Positions 49,336-57,550 of a stretch of 64,000 nucleotides of DNA are shown here, piece by piece. Under the pieces are notes generated by a model. That model was not told the DNA's origin. It worked only from the letters and a program-made list of their open reading frames with translations, and did not search any database. Numbering within the stretch: the first letter of the stretch is position 1; the number at the start of each line of letters is the position of its first letter. This DNA comes from a virus. The stretch spans positions 39,879 through 103,878 of the IMG/VR virus record IMGVR_UViG_3300023179_000044. One strand, 5' to 3'. A program made the position numbers and the translations under genes.

Positions 49336-50135
49336 TAGTTATCCGTTTCTGGTATCGGGTATAAACGAACTCCGTTTTCATCTTTGACTATGATAGTGGA
49401 GAACTCATCTACTACTAAACTATCCACCTGTTTATCTGCTAGTTCCCACGCCTGTTCAGGATTTTCGGCTATGACTTTGTATGTCCGTGTAATCTCAACA
49501 AAGAAATCTTTTACTTTTCTTGGGCAGTCCTCATACCAGTTTTCAGTTTCCTCGTCCCAAGCACAGACACACCCGTCCTCGTTATCTCGTTCCACATAAT
49601 CGGTATGGCAGTTTGGTATCCCCCACTCCTTAGTAAGCACTAACTCGCCATTTTCACCAGAGAACTCAGCCCCCCAGCCCTGTTCTTCTTCACTACAAAA
49701 CTCAAAAGATAGTTCTGGGTGTTGCTCTACCATAGCCACAAATACAGGTTCGGGAATAGACCAAGCAGTAGAGAAGTTCATAACAAGTTTAGAAGTTTTG
49801 TCTTTTTTGTTGATAGTGGTATTACCAGAATAATCGCAAGCGTCCCATTTGGTATCCCAGTTTTCATTGTTCCAGTTATACCAGTTGGTAGGAGTGTCGC
49901 CTTTTCTCTCGCCATTTTCCCAACCATTAGTGCCAAAGTATTCGCCACTCTCAACTGCGTCCTGTGGTGGTGCTACAAAGTTCCAGAACGACAACTCTAC
50001 TTCGGTGCTATAAACTACCTTGCCAGTTTCTTTATCAAAACTATCTGGGTGTGGGGCTGTTGCCTTGTCGTAAAAAGTTTCTACATCTTTGATAGAGCCA
50101 GTAATAGTTATGTTGTTATAGACCCAGTTAGGCAT
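49335..50135 (-). CDS. DUF1281/YubB ferredoxin-like domain protein
   Basis: MPNW..N.I.I.G...WY.W...NW.TKWD...F.TAWS.P...EE. Confidence 0.75.
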   Translation of the reverse strand: MPNWVYNNITITGSIKDVETFYDKATAPHPDSFDKETGKVVYSTEVELSFWNFVAPPQDAVESGEYFGTNGWENGERKGDTPTNWYNWNNENWDTKWDACDYSGNTTINKKDKTSKLVMNFSTAWSIPEPVFVAMVEQHPELSFEFCSEEEQGWGAEFSGENGELVLTKEWGIPNCHTDYVERDNEDGCVCAWDEETENWYEDCPRKVKDFFVEITRTYKVIAENPEQAWELADKQVDSLVVDEFSTIIVKDENGVRLYPIPETDN

Positions 50136-50147
50136 TTCTACTCCTTA

Positions 50148-50465
50148 TCATTGGAAGTTGTCCAGTATCTCTTGGATTTCACTTTCGCTAAGTCCACTCT
50201 CTATTCCACACTTACGGACATTTTCAGCAGTTTCCATTTTTAGCAACTCTAACCTGTCTGCTAGTGGGGTCATACCTATACGCTTGGCTATCTTTGTTGC
50301 TGTGATAACTGCTTTATAGGTGTCTGGGTCAGCGTAGCCAGTTTCAGTAAAACTTTCTACCAAAGCCCCAATGATACTTAGAGATAAAAGAAATAGCCCT
50401 GTTTCATCAGAGTTCTCAATGATTTCATCTAAATCTGGGTGGTCGTTTCCACAATGGTCGCACAT
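50148..50465 (-). CDS. Hypothetical protein; start revised
   Basis: GAAAGGACA RBS before MCDHCG. Confidence 0.65.
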   Translation of the reverse strand: MCDHCGNDHPDLDEIIENSDETGLFLLSLSIIGALVESFTETGYADPDTYKAVITATKIAKRIGMTPLADRLELLKMETAENVRKCGIESGLSESEIQEILDNFQ

Positions 50466-50742
50466 TTGTTTTGTCCTTTCAGTAGTGCGTTGTTTGTTTG
50501 TTGTGTCTAGTAAAGCATAGTTGATTTCTTTTAGCAAGTTATTTCATAAAGATTTTTTGGCGTGTCTGATTTGATAATGGAAAAAATGAAAAATCCTATT
50601 CAGCCATTTTTGGTAAAAGCGAACCCCTGATACCCGAAAGGACAGGGTTTGGTATCAGGGGTTCTAGTCCGTTTGTAGAGAACCTACTAGGAGTTGGGGG
50701 GACAAGGGCTTCGGCTCTATCCACAAACGGAGTTCTTATGTT

Positions 50743-52527
50743 CTAAACACCACCAACCTTTTCTAATGCTCTGGTGGCAGACTTACCGATAGTGTTGGCG
50801 ATTTCATTTACATCAAGTCCTGAAAGAACCACGCCATTATTTCCAACCAGAAGTGGTGGTGTATGGGCGTAGCAACCAGCAGGAACTATCCAAAGAACAG
50901 CCACGCCATTATCGGCACACATCTTTACAAACTCTTTGGCATTTCTAGTTTCGTCATCTGTGTATTGTCCGTCAGAAACTACAACCAACATACGAATACC
51001 AGAACCATAAAGTAAGTCTAGGTGTCCGTCTATTGCCTGAAAAGCCTGTCCAAAAACTTCTGTTCCGTCTGGGGCTGTCCAAACTGAAACCTGTTCTAAC
51101 TTTTGACCAAGTTTCAGAGTAGCAAAAACATCATTACCAAAATAGACCATACCAGTTCTAGCCTGAATACGCCTACCTGCTTCTGATAGAACCCAAGCAG
51201 TAGTAGCCATACTTTCCATAGCACCACTCATAGAGCCTGAAATGTCCACCATTACGCCAATAGTTAGTTCTGGGTCGTCAGTATGCTTACGCTTAGTTGC
51301 TCTCCACGCTGGTAGGTCAGAGTGAATACCCTTAGACTTCATAGCCAAGTTCTGAATAGCAACCCTAGTTTTTAGGCGACCCTGTGGAAATACCGACTTT
51401 ATTTCGGTAATAGACCTTTCACGATACTTTGCCTTTTCTAACATCTTGGAAAGACGAACAGCGTTTGCTCTTTCAGCAGGTTTAGGTGGTCGTTGATTTT
51501 CCAGTTGGGAACGACTAGAACTATCACCATTTCCAGTTGCGTTAGTAAAAACTTTACTGGCTTCTTTTTTGGACTTATTTCTTTGTTGCTGTTTGGAGTT
51601 ATGCTCTTGTAAAGTTTTGCTATCTTTTTCTTTGCCCTGTTGTTCGCCTAACTCTTTCTCAACATCACTAGCAGAGTTTTCTGTGTCTGTGTCCATAGCG
51701 TCAATGAGTTCTGTTCCAAACCCACTTTCGCCTTTTTCGCCTTTTTTGCCAGTTGGGAACTTACAGCCACCTTTTCCGTCTGGGTCAGCCTTGTCTAAAA
51801 GTTCTACCCACTTGGTAGCAAGTTCTGTTGCTCGCTTGATTTGGGAACACTCTAAACGCTGGAACTCATACCAGATAGAACGCAACTCGTCAAATAGTTC
51901 TTGACCAATAGCACTTATTACTTTGGAGTATGTAGAACTAACATCAGAGATTTTTAGAACGCCAGCGTCCACTCTTGCCATAGCCAAAGCACACGCAACA
52001 GCAGATAAGCGAACATCAGATAGGGCTTCCACGCTTGCTTCGTCCATACCTTGTAATGCTAGTTCCATAGCAGAACATCTTAGGAATACTTGATTTTCTG
52101 GCATAGCGATTACGCCAAATCTTTCTATTCTGCTTTCATCTAAAACTTGGAACGCCTGAAATACAGGTTCAGACATAGTGTCTAGTTTTGCTTGTTCCCA
52201 AATAGAAAATCTAGCGTGTAGTGCTTCGTGATAAATAATACCTGTGGCACTAGCCCACTCAAACTGATTACTTCTATCTCTCAAATCACCCACAAACTCT
52301 GGTGTTGCCCAAGTTCCAAAAGCAACTGGTATGTTGATTTCCATTTCAGCACTTGTCTTGATAAAGCAAGCAGTATGACCTATTCCTGCGTCAGAGCCAG
52401 CATAGACAACTATGTCGCCCCTGATAGCCCAGTTATTTACTACTTCTGCTATTTGCTTACAAGTTTCTAGCCACTCTTTCGGAGTTTCGCTAGTTCGTGT
52501 ATCTAATCTTGATACATAATGAGCCAT
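50743..52527 (-). CDS. HExxH metallopeptidase-like plus VWA domain protein (MoxR partner)
   Basis: IYHEALHARFS...LDE.RIE; MIDAS DISGSMS and VVSDG. Confidence 0.85.
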   Translation of the reverse strand: MAHYVSRLDTRTSETPKEWLETCKQIAEVVNNWAIRGDIVVYAGSDAGIGHTACFIKTSAEMEINIPVAFGTWATPEFVGDLRDRSNQFEWASATGIIYHEALHARFSIWEQAKLDTMSEPVFQAFQVLDESRIERFGVIAMPENQVFLRCSAMELALQGMDEASVEALSDVRLSAVACALAMARVDAGVLKISDVSSTYSKVISAIGQELFDELRSIWYEFQRLECSQIKRATELATKWVELLDKADPDGKGGCKFPTGKKGEKGESGFGTELIDAMDTDTENSASDVEKELGEQQGKEKDSKTLQEHNSKQQQRNKSKKEASKVFTNATGNGDSSSRSQLENQRPPKPAERANAVRLSKMLEKAKYRERSITEIKSVFPQGRLKTRVAIQNLAMKSKGIHSDLPAWRATKRKHTDDPELTIGVMVDISGSMSGAMESMATTAWVLSEAGRRIQARTGMVYFGNDVFATLKLGQKLEQVSVWTAPDGTEVFGQAFQAIDGHLDLLYGSGIRMLVVVSDGQYTDDETRNAKEFVKMCADNGVAVLWIVPAGCYAHTPPLLVGNNGVVLSGLDVNEIANTIGKSATRALEKVGGV

Positions 52528-52643
52528 TTGTTTTGTCCTTTCGTTTGGCTAGTAAAAGTAAATCATACATTTTTGTTTTCGTCAAGGGGTAGGGAGTGCT
52601 AAGTTTTTTACGCCTAGCACTCCCTATTTAGTAGGACGAACTA

Positions 52644-53651
52644 CTAAATCTTTGCTGGCTTACACTCATCATCACCGAATACTCTACGGAATACATCAGC
52701 GACAACTACTCTGTCTATTTCTGGGGCAGAAGCAAGCAAGTTTCCAATAGCCCACTTCATACCAAACAGATTAGCAACATCACGGAACGCAAGCAGTTCT
52801 CGCATTTGTGGCGACCAAGATACTTCACCTGCTAATCGCTTCTTAGACAGATTTTGACCTGCCGAAACTGCTGGTGCTGGAACGCCTAACTTCTTAGCAA
52901 GCGACCAGTCAGTAGTCATTTCTACTTGGATAGTGAAGCGAGATAGTAAAGGCTCGGACAAGCGAACACCAACAGCGTTAGGGTTGGTAGCACCTACTAC
53001 ATAAAAACCTTTCTTGGCTTTTACTATCCCCCTTTCTGGGTTGGCTGTGATTACAAGTTCATCTCTGCCGTCCATTAGACCATAGACCAAAGACATAACC
53101 TTTGGGTCAATAAGTCCAACTTCGTCAATAAGTAGAACTTTGCCCTGCTCTACTGCTTTGGTCAAAACTCCGTCCACCCACTCAAAACTTCCACTTGGAG
53201 TTTGGACATAGCCACCTAAGAAGTCAGAAACTTCGGTGTCGCCTGTTCCCAATAGGGTATAGAGTTCATCTGGGAAACTTGCTTCTACGAGAGCAGTTTT
53301 ACCACAACCTGCTTCACCATAGAGCAGAACATACTTACCATTTGCCCTAGCAGTTTTTAGAACTTCTATGTCGGAGTGTTCGCCCCACATACGAGAGTAG
53401 TAGTAATCACCATTTGGTCGTATGTATTTTTCGGCACTTACCATAGGTTCTACCACTTTTGTTCCAACCTTTGACTTTGTTATTGCTGTTCCTGCTTTTG
53501 CTCGCAAGTTTGCCCTAGCACTATTGGGCATTAGGGTTTCCATAATAGCAGGGATAGGCTCTGCTTTTGTGGAGTGTAGGACTACACCTTTGATTAGTGT
53601 TTCTAAATCTTTGTGTAGTTCTGAAATGTTTTTTATTTCTGTCTTTGCCAT
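52644..53651 (-). CDS. MoxR/CbbQ-type AAA+ ATPase; start revised to 53651
   Basis: GEAGCGKT, LLIDE, ATNP, LLSRF; adjacent to the VWA gene. Confidence 0.9.
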   Translation of the reverse strand: MAKTEIKNISELHKDLETLIKGVVLHSTKAEPIPAIMETLMPNSARANLRAKAGTAITKSKVGTKVVEPMVSAEKYIRPNGDYYYSRMWGEHSDIEVLKTARANGKYVLLYGEAGCGKTALVEASFPDELYTLLGTGDTEVSDFLGGYVQTPSGSFEWVDGVLTKAVEQGKVLLIDEVGLIDPKVMSLVYGLMDGRDELVITANPERGIVKAKKGFYVVGATNPNAVGVRLSEPLLSRFTIQVEMTTDWSLAKKLGVPAPAVSAGQNLSKKRLAGEVSWSPQMRELLAFRDVANLFGMKWAIGNLLASAPEIDRVVVADVFRRVFGDDECKPAKI

Positions 53652-53667
53652 TTTGATTTTGTCCTTT

Positions 53668-54180
53668 CTAAGATAAATAAACATCAACAGGAAAACCTGC
53701 GTCAGTTCTGGCTTTGGTTATTCTACGGATTAGAGCAGACGGAGTTTCGTGTTCTCTTATGTTTGATAGGTCTATGTTGCTTACTTCTACTACAAGTTTT
53801 CCTTGTAGTTTGGAGTAGCCATAAGAACCCTGCCTAACAACAGAAGCAACTACCTTTTCTACAAGGTCAGCAGTTATTTCAGTTGGATTTGCCTTTTCAT
53901 CTTTTGGCAAGTGGTGCTTAGTTTGCCATTGTCGTCTAGGCGACATCTTTCCAACAGCCCTGTATGTAAAGGCTACTGGAACTGCCTTACCCTTTTCATC
54001 TACACCAGCAGGGGTAATAATGATTTGGATAGTTTCTTTATCCCAAATGTGTTCAGGATTTGGCTTGATAAGTTCTAGGTAAAGACCCTTACCTACAACC
54101 TTTGGTGTTGCTGTTCCAGATTTTTCAGCAGTTGCTACTGCTTCTGCTGTTTCTGTATCTAGTGTTCCAAATGTTTCCAT
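53668..54180 (-). CDS. Hypothetical protein
   Basis: 170-aa ORF upstream of the AAA gene; promoter TTGACT-N16-TAAAGT. Confidence 0.65.
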   Translation of the reverse strand: METFGTLDTETAEAVATAEKSGTATPKVVGKGLYLELIKPNPEHIWDKETIQIIITPAGVDEKGKAVPVAFTYRAVGKMSPRRQWQTKHHLPKDEKANPTEITADLVEKVVASVVRQGSYGYSKLQGKLVVEVSNIDLSNIREHETPSALIRRITKARTDAGFPVDVYLS

Positions 54181-54288
54181 TTAGTTCGTCCTAACTTATT
54201 GGTTTATGTTGGACAGGATTATCCAACGAGTTCCACTTTACATCAACTTCTAATAAAGTCAAGTCCTAAGTGAAAAGTTTTTTGTTCG

Positions 54289-54864
54289 CTAATGGTGAAA
54301 ATCAACAGGGATTAGAAACTGCCTTTGTGGGGTTTCCTGAACACGCTTGTAAAAGTATTCCAAACTAGCGTCCCAGTTTTCTAAATCATAAATAGCAGTT
54401 TCAGAACACCACTCATTACTAAGAAGTAGCGATAGTTTTTTTATGTAATACATCACCATTGACTTCTTATAGTCGTTTTTATCTGGGTTATAGGGATAGG
54501 TAAATACATCTATACCTGCGTAATCAGTTCGTAGTGTTTTTCTAATGGCTTCTATTTCATTTATGCGATACCCTATAAAAGTAGTTATGACGCTATCAGC
54601 CAAAACAGGGTCGTCTGAAAAACATAAGTGATTTGGATTTTCAGATAAATCAACTTCCAACTTATTTTCTGCTCGTTGTTTTTGTTCTGGGGTCATAAAG
54701 ATTTCACCAGACCAGCGACCAGCGAAGTTTAGGTGGCTTGGGTTGCCACCTGCTTCGTGCCAGTCAGACCAGCGTGGCTCGCCATCTGAAAGTTTATCTG
54801 AAACGATACTAAATGCTTGTTCTGCGTTATCTGCTTCTACTAGCAGTAGTTGTATTGTGTGAAT
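54289..54864 (-). CDS. Hypothetical protein (WSDW...GRW...VDFH); probable ATT start
   Basis: Promoter at 54893-54921 and RBS at 54871-54877 point to ATT at 54862-54864. Confidence 0.6.
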   Translation of the reverse strand: MHTIQLLLVEADNAEQAFSIVSDKLSDGEPRWSDWHEAGGNPSHLNFAGRWSGEIFMTPEQKQRAENKLEVDLSENPNHLCFSDDPVLADSVITTFIGYRINEIEAIRKTLRTDYAGIDVFTYPYNPDKNDYKKSMVMYYIKKLSLLLSNEWCSETAIYDLENWDASLEYFYKRVQETPQRQFLIPVDFHH

Positions 54865-55050
54865 AGTAGTTCCTTTCGTAATGGATAGACAAAAGGTAGC
54901 ACAACTATTTATTAGACGCAAGTATTTTTTTAGATTTTTTCCAAATCATTATTTTTCATTTTTTCCCCCTAGCGAAAAAATCTTATGTAAGGTGTAAAAA
55001 CTTTTTATTATTCGTTAGTTGTTGGCAGAAGTCCTGCGTCTATTTTACTA

Positions 55051-55368
55051 CTAATCATTTTCATAGTCAAGGTCGTCAAACTCCTCATCAGCCATAAACA
55101 ACTGCTCAATTGACGGGACGCTGTATGAAGTAGTGGGGTTTACTACATCTACTATACATTCACCACATACAAACCACGGGGTATCCCGTTCATCAATTAG
55201 CACTGCGAATGGCACAAATGAAGCGTCCGTTAAATGTCCCACCTCATCTTCGCACGAAGCGCAGAGTAATCCGTTAAGCACGTCAGGTTCGACCAGGCCG
55301 GTTTGAACAGCAGTGTCCACGTCCCGGGCCGCTTCTAGCAGATGTAATTCAATTGACTTCATAATCAT
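55051..55368 (-). CDS. Acidic CxxC...CxxC protein
   Basis: Leaderless: TATTCT just upstream. Confidence 0.6.
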   Translation of the reverse strand: MIMKSIELHLLEAARDVDTAVQTGLVEPDVLNGLLCASCEDEVGHLTDASFVPFAVLIDERDTPWFVCGECIVDVVNPTTSYSVPSIEQLFMADEEFDDLDYEND

Positions 55369-55513
55369 AGAATACCCGTTGAATAAATCCGTGATTTGGA
55401 AGTCCGTTAAAAGTTTGGATCCGGAAGGCGGGCCGCGACTTTTTATGAACCGTTAATTAAAAGTGGCAGTGTAGCTCAGCTGCATCAGCTTCTCACGAGC
55501 CGTTCGTTAAAAG

Positions 55514-56259
55514 TTATTCCGATGAGAGGCGAGAGGCAAGCCGTTCAGACTGAATGACGAATCCGTGATTGACAGGGGCATCCGTAAAATCATTAGCAGT
55601 TAAGGCTCGCCCGATTTGTACTTCTACACATCCGATACAAAGCATGGCACGCTCATCAGGCCAAGCCTCATTCCATATCTCATCATGAATCATATAGAAC
55701 TCGTTGATGTGAAGTGTGTTGACTCCACAAGCCGCGCAATCAAATCCGTAGCAACTTCCTTGGCAGTCGGGATAGTTATCTGGGCACGGTTCATATTCAT
55801 AGTCCGAGCACTGGTAACACATTACTCGTTGCCCAAATCTATTTCTACGATGTAAGTAACATCACCGTCTTCATCAAAAACAACCAGGCCGCTTTCATCT
55901 ACCTTAAGACCCAGTGCCTTTATTACTTCACGCTGTTCTTCTGTAAAGTCTTCCATTATTCTTTCTCCAAATCTTCGGCTTGGTCGTAGTATTCGTGCCA
56001 GACTTCTTCGTGTCCGACCATTTGCTCGACCTCGTCTAACAATTCGTAGAAAAGGTCTCTCCAATCATTACTGCTCGCCATTATCTTCTTCCTCTCTGTC
56101 TTTCTGTAATTGGTTGAGCATAAATTCGTAAGCGTTATATGCGCCATTCGCATATGCGAAATCATACTGTAGTTCAGGGTCATTTGCTAGTTGCTCTTTG
56201 TCACTGGCAAACCAGCGCATATGTTCTCTAATGAGGTTGATTAGTTCTTGATTATCCAT
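55514..56259 (-). CDS. Four small coupled genes (56068-56259, 55956-56081, 55822-55956, 55514-55822 Cys-rich)
   Basis: Stop/start overlaps; the last has C..C...YM.HD..W...LC.GC.E..GR.L...DF. Confidence 0.6.
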
Positions 56260-56403
56260 GATGAGTAAAAAATAACATATCTCATGAATTCTGTCAACCT
56301 AATTTGAAAAAATGAAAAATAATTTTTTGATTGGCTTCCGGCAGCGGAACAATTTATGAATGTTCGTTAAAAGTTTACCTGGATGAGGATGGATCTGGAA
56401 CTA

Positions 56404-57252
56404 CTAAACAATGATAAAAAGATTCGTTTCTTTTGCAAGATGCTCAAGCGTTGGAATGTGAATCGTTCCCTGTAAATCTAGGTTGACCACACCAATGCTC
56501 CGCTGGTACCTGGCAAACGCGGACGCAGTTACTGAATCCCACTTTCCACGCTCAGCTCCTTTGATGTCCGTCATCGTCGAGAGGGCTAGCTGCACAACTT
56601 CGATTGAGCGGTTACGTGTTCCGGCACGCAATGCAGCAGTCTTAACCTGTTCGGGCTTGTTCGTAAGTTCTTCCAGGCCGCTGAGTTCAATACGATCCGG
56701 ATGCAGGCCGGTTAACTTTCTACCAAGCTTCGTTAAAAGTGCAGCTGCAGATCTGGCCTTCGGTCCCTGGAACTCCTCAGGCCGGCAAAACAAAACAACA
56801 TCCGTTAAATGTCTAACCTTCAGATGCACGCCGTCTTTTTGTTGGTGCTTTGAGTCTCCGAGTGTATTTCCCTCAACCGTTAAAAATTTACCCGTCTTCT
56901 TAAACTCACGTACGTCAACAACAATCCCAGCCGTTGGCATATCGAATGAACTACCCGTCGAGCCTTTTACAGAAATTGATGGAAAGCTGAAGATTGCAAT
57001 GTCACCAGGCCGAGGCTTACTGTAGACGCCGTTACTTCGAATGAAATCGGACAGTGCCGCGGGTACGTAAATGAATGACGGAATCTTTACACCGGACTCC
57101 CTGGCAACTACATCAATGAATGCTCCAGACCATGGAACACTGTCATATCCGAGGTACCGTCCGAACATGTTCTGGCCGAGAATCTCAGACTGATAGCCTA
57201 AATACTTTTTGGCAGTGGCAATGAAGAGATCTATTTTAGATTTACGTGACAT
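56404..57252 (-). CDS. CHAP-like plus peptidoglycan-binding-like protein with catalytic residues substituted
   Basis: A.KYLGY...PWSGAF...P.PGDI..F...GIV...TVEGNT; C-terminal V..VQ.AL...G.W...T..A...YQ. Confidence 0.7.
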   Translation of the reverse strand: MSRKSKIDLFIATAKKYLGYQSEILGQNMFGRYLGYDSVPWSGAFIDVVARESGVKIPSFIYVPAALSDFIRSNGVYSKPRPGDIAIFSFPSISVKGSTGSSFDMPTAGIVVDVREFKKTGKFLTVEGNTLGDSKHQQKDGVHLKVRHLTDVVLFCRPEEFQGPKARSAAALLTKLGRKLTGLHPDRIELSGLEELTNKPEQVKTAALRAGTRNRSIEVVQLALSTMTDIKGAERGKWDSVTASAFARYQRSIGVVNLDLQGTIHIPTLEHLAKETNLFIIV

Positions 57253-57274
57253 GTTCGCATCTTAGCACATTAAA

Positions 57275-57550
57275 TTAATAGCTGCAACTACATTTACATT
57301 TGACGGCAGCACCTGCAGCGGATTTACATCCGCACGCTTCATGAGAAGTTGATAGATGCAGATCCCTGGAATTAGATCCGGTAGATCCGGCTGCAAACTT
57401 TTCAAGATTGATTAAAAGATTCTCCGCTTCCTGAGCTAGGGTCGTCAGTCGAATGTGCTCGATGCGAGTCGATGCGTTTGTGATATCCGCTTGGAGGTGG
57501 TTGAAGTGAAGGCGGGCTGCTTCCACTAGTTCGTTAATTGTTGAGCTCAT
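57275..57550 (-). CDS. Hypothetical protein with Cys-rich tail; start revised
   Basis: Overlaps the end of the TerS-like gene. Confidence 0.5.
   Translation of the reverse strand: MSSTINELVEAARLHFNHLQADITNASTRIEHIRLTTLAQEAENLLINLEKFAAGSTGSNSRDLHLSTSHEACGCKSAAGAAVKCKCSCSY

Larger units (their letters stand above)
35771..50664 (-). terminator. Series of ~19 intrinsic terminators closing the array units
   Basis: GC stems with T tails on the minus strand near 35771, 36362, 36897, 37512, 38307, 38757, 39306, 39866, 40556, 40985, 41445, 41794, 42483, 43268, 45438, 46308, 47041, 48408, 50619. The first two share CCCCCGATTTCTCGGGGG. Confidence 0.85.
35723..56320 (+). repeat. Dispersed 16-bp intergenic box GGAAAAAATGAAAAAT, 22 copies
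   Basis: Exact copies start at 36318, 36861, 37476, 38271, 38718, 39255, 39815, 40491, 40939, 41737, 42434, 43227, 43853, 43954, 45402, 46275, 47003, 48372, 50579. TG variants at 35723 and 56305; one inverted copy at 54951-54966. All intergenic, often preceded by TACT or TAGT. Confidence 0.95.

Noticed and set aside
35723-54966. Integron cassette array
   Set aside because: No attC-like long imperfect palindromes with RYYYAAC/GTTRRRY ends and no integrase seen; units carry their own promoters. Shuffling by homologous recombination remains possible.
35723-56320. 16-bp repeats as a CRISPR array
   Set aside because: Repeats are short and non-palindromic, separated by 0.1 to over 4 kb of genes; no cas genes in the window.
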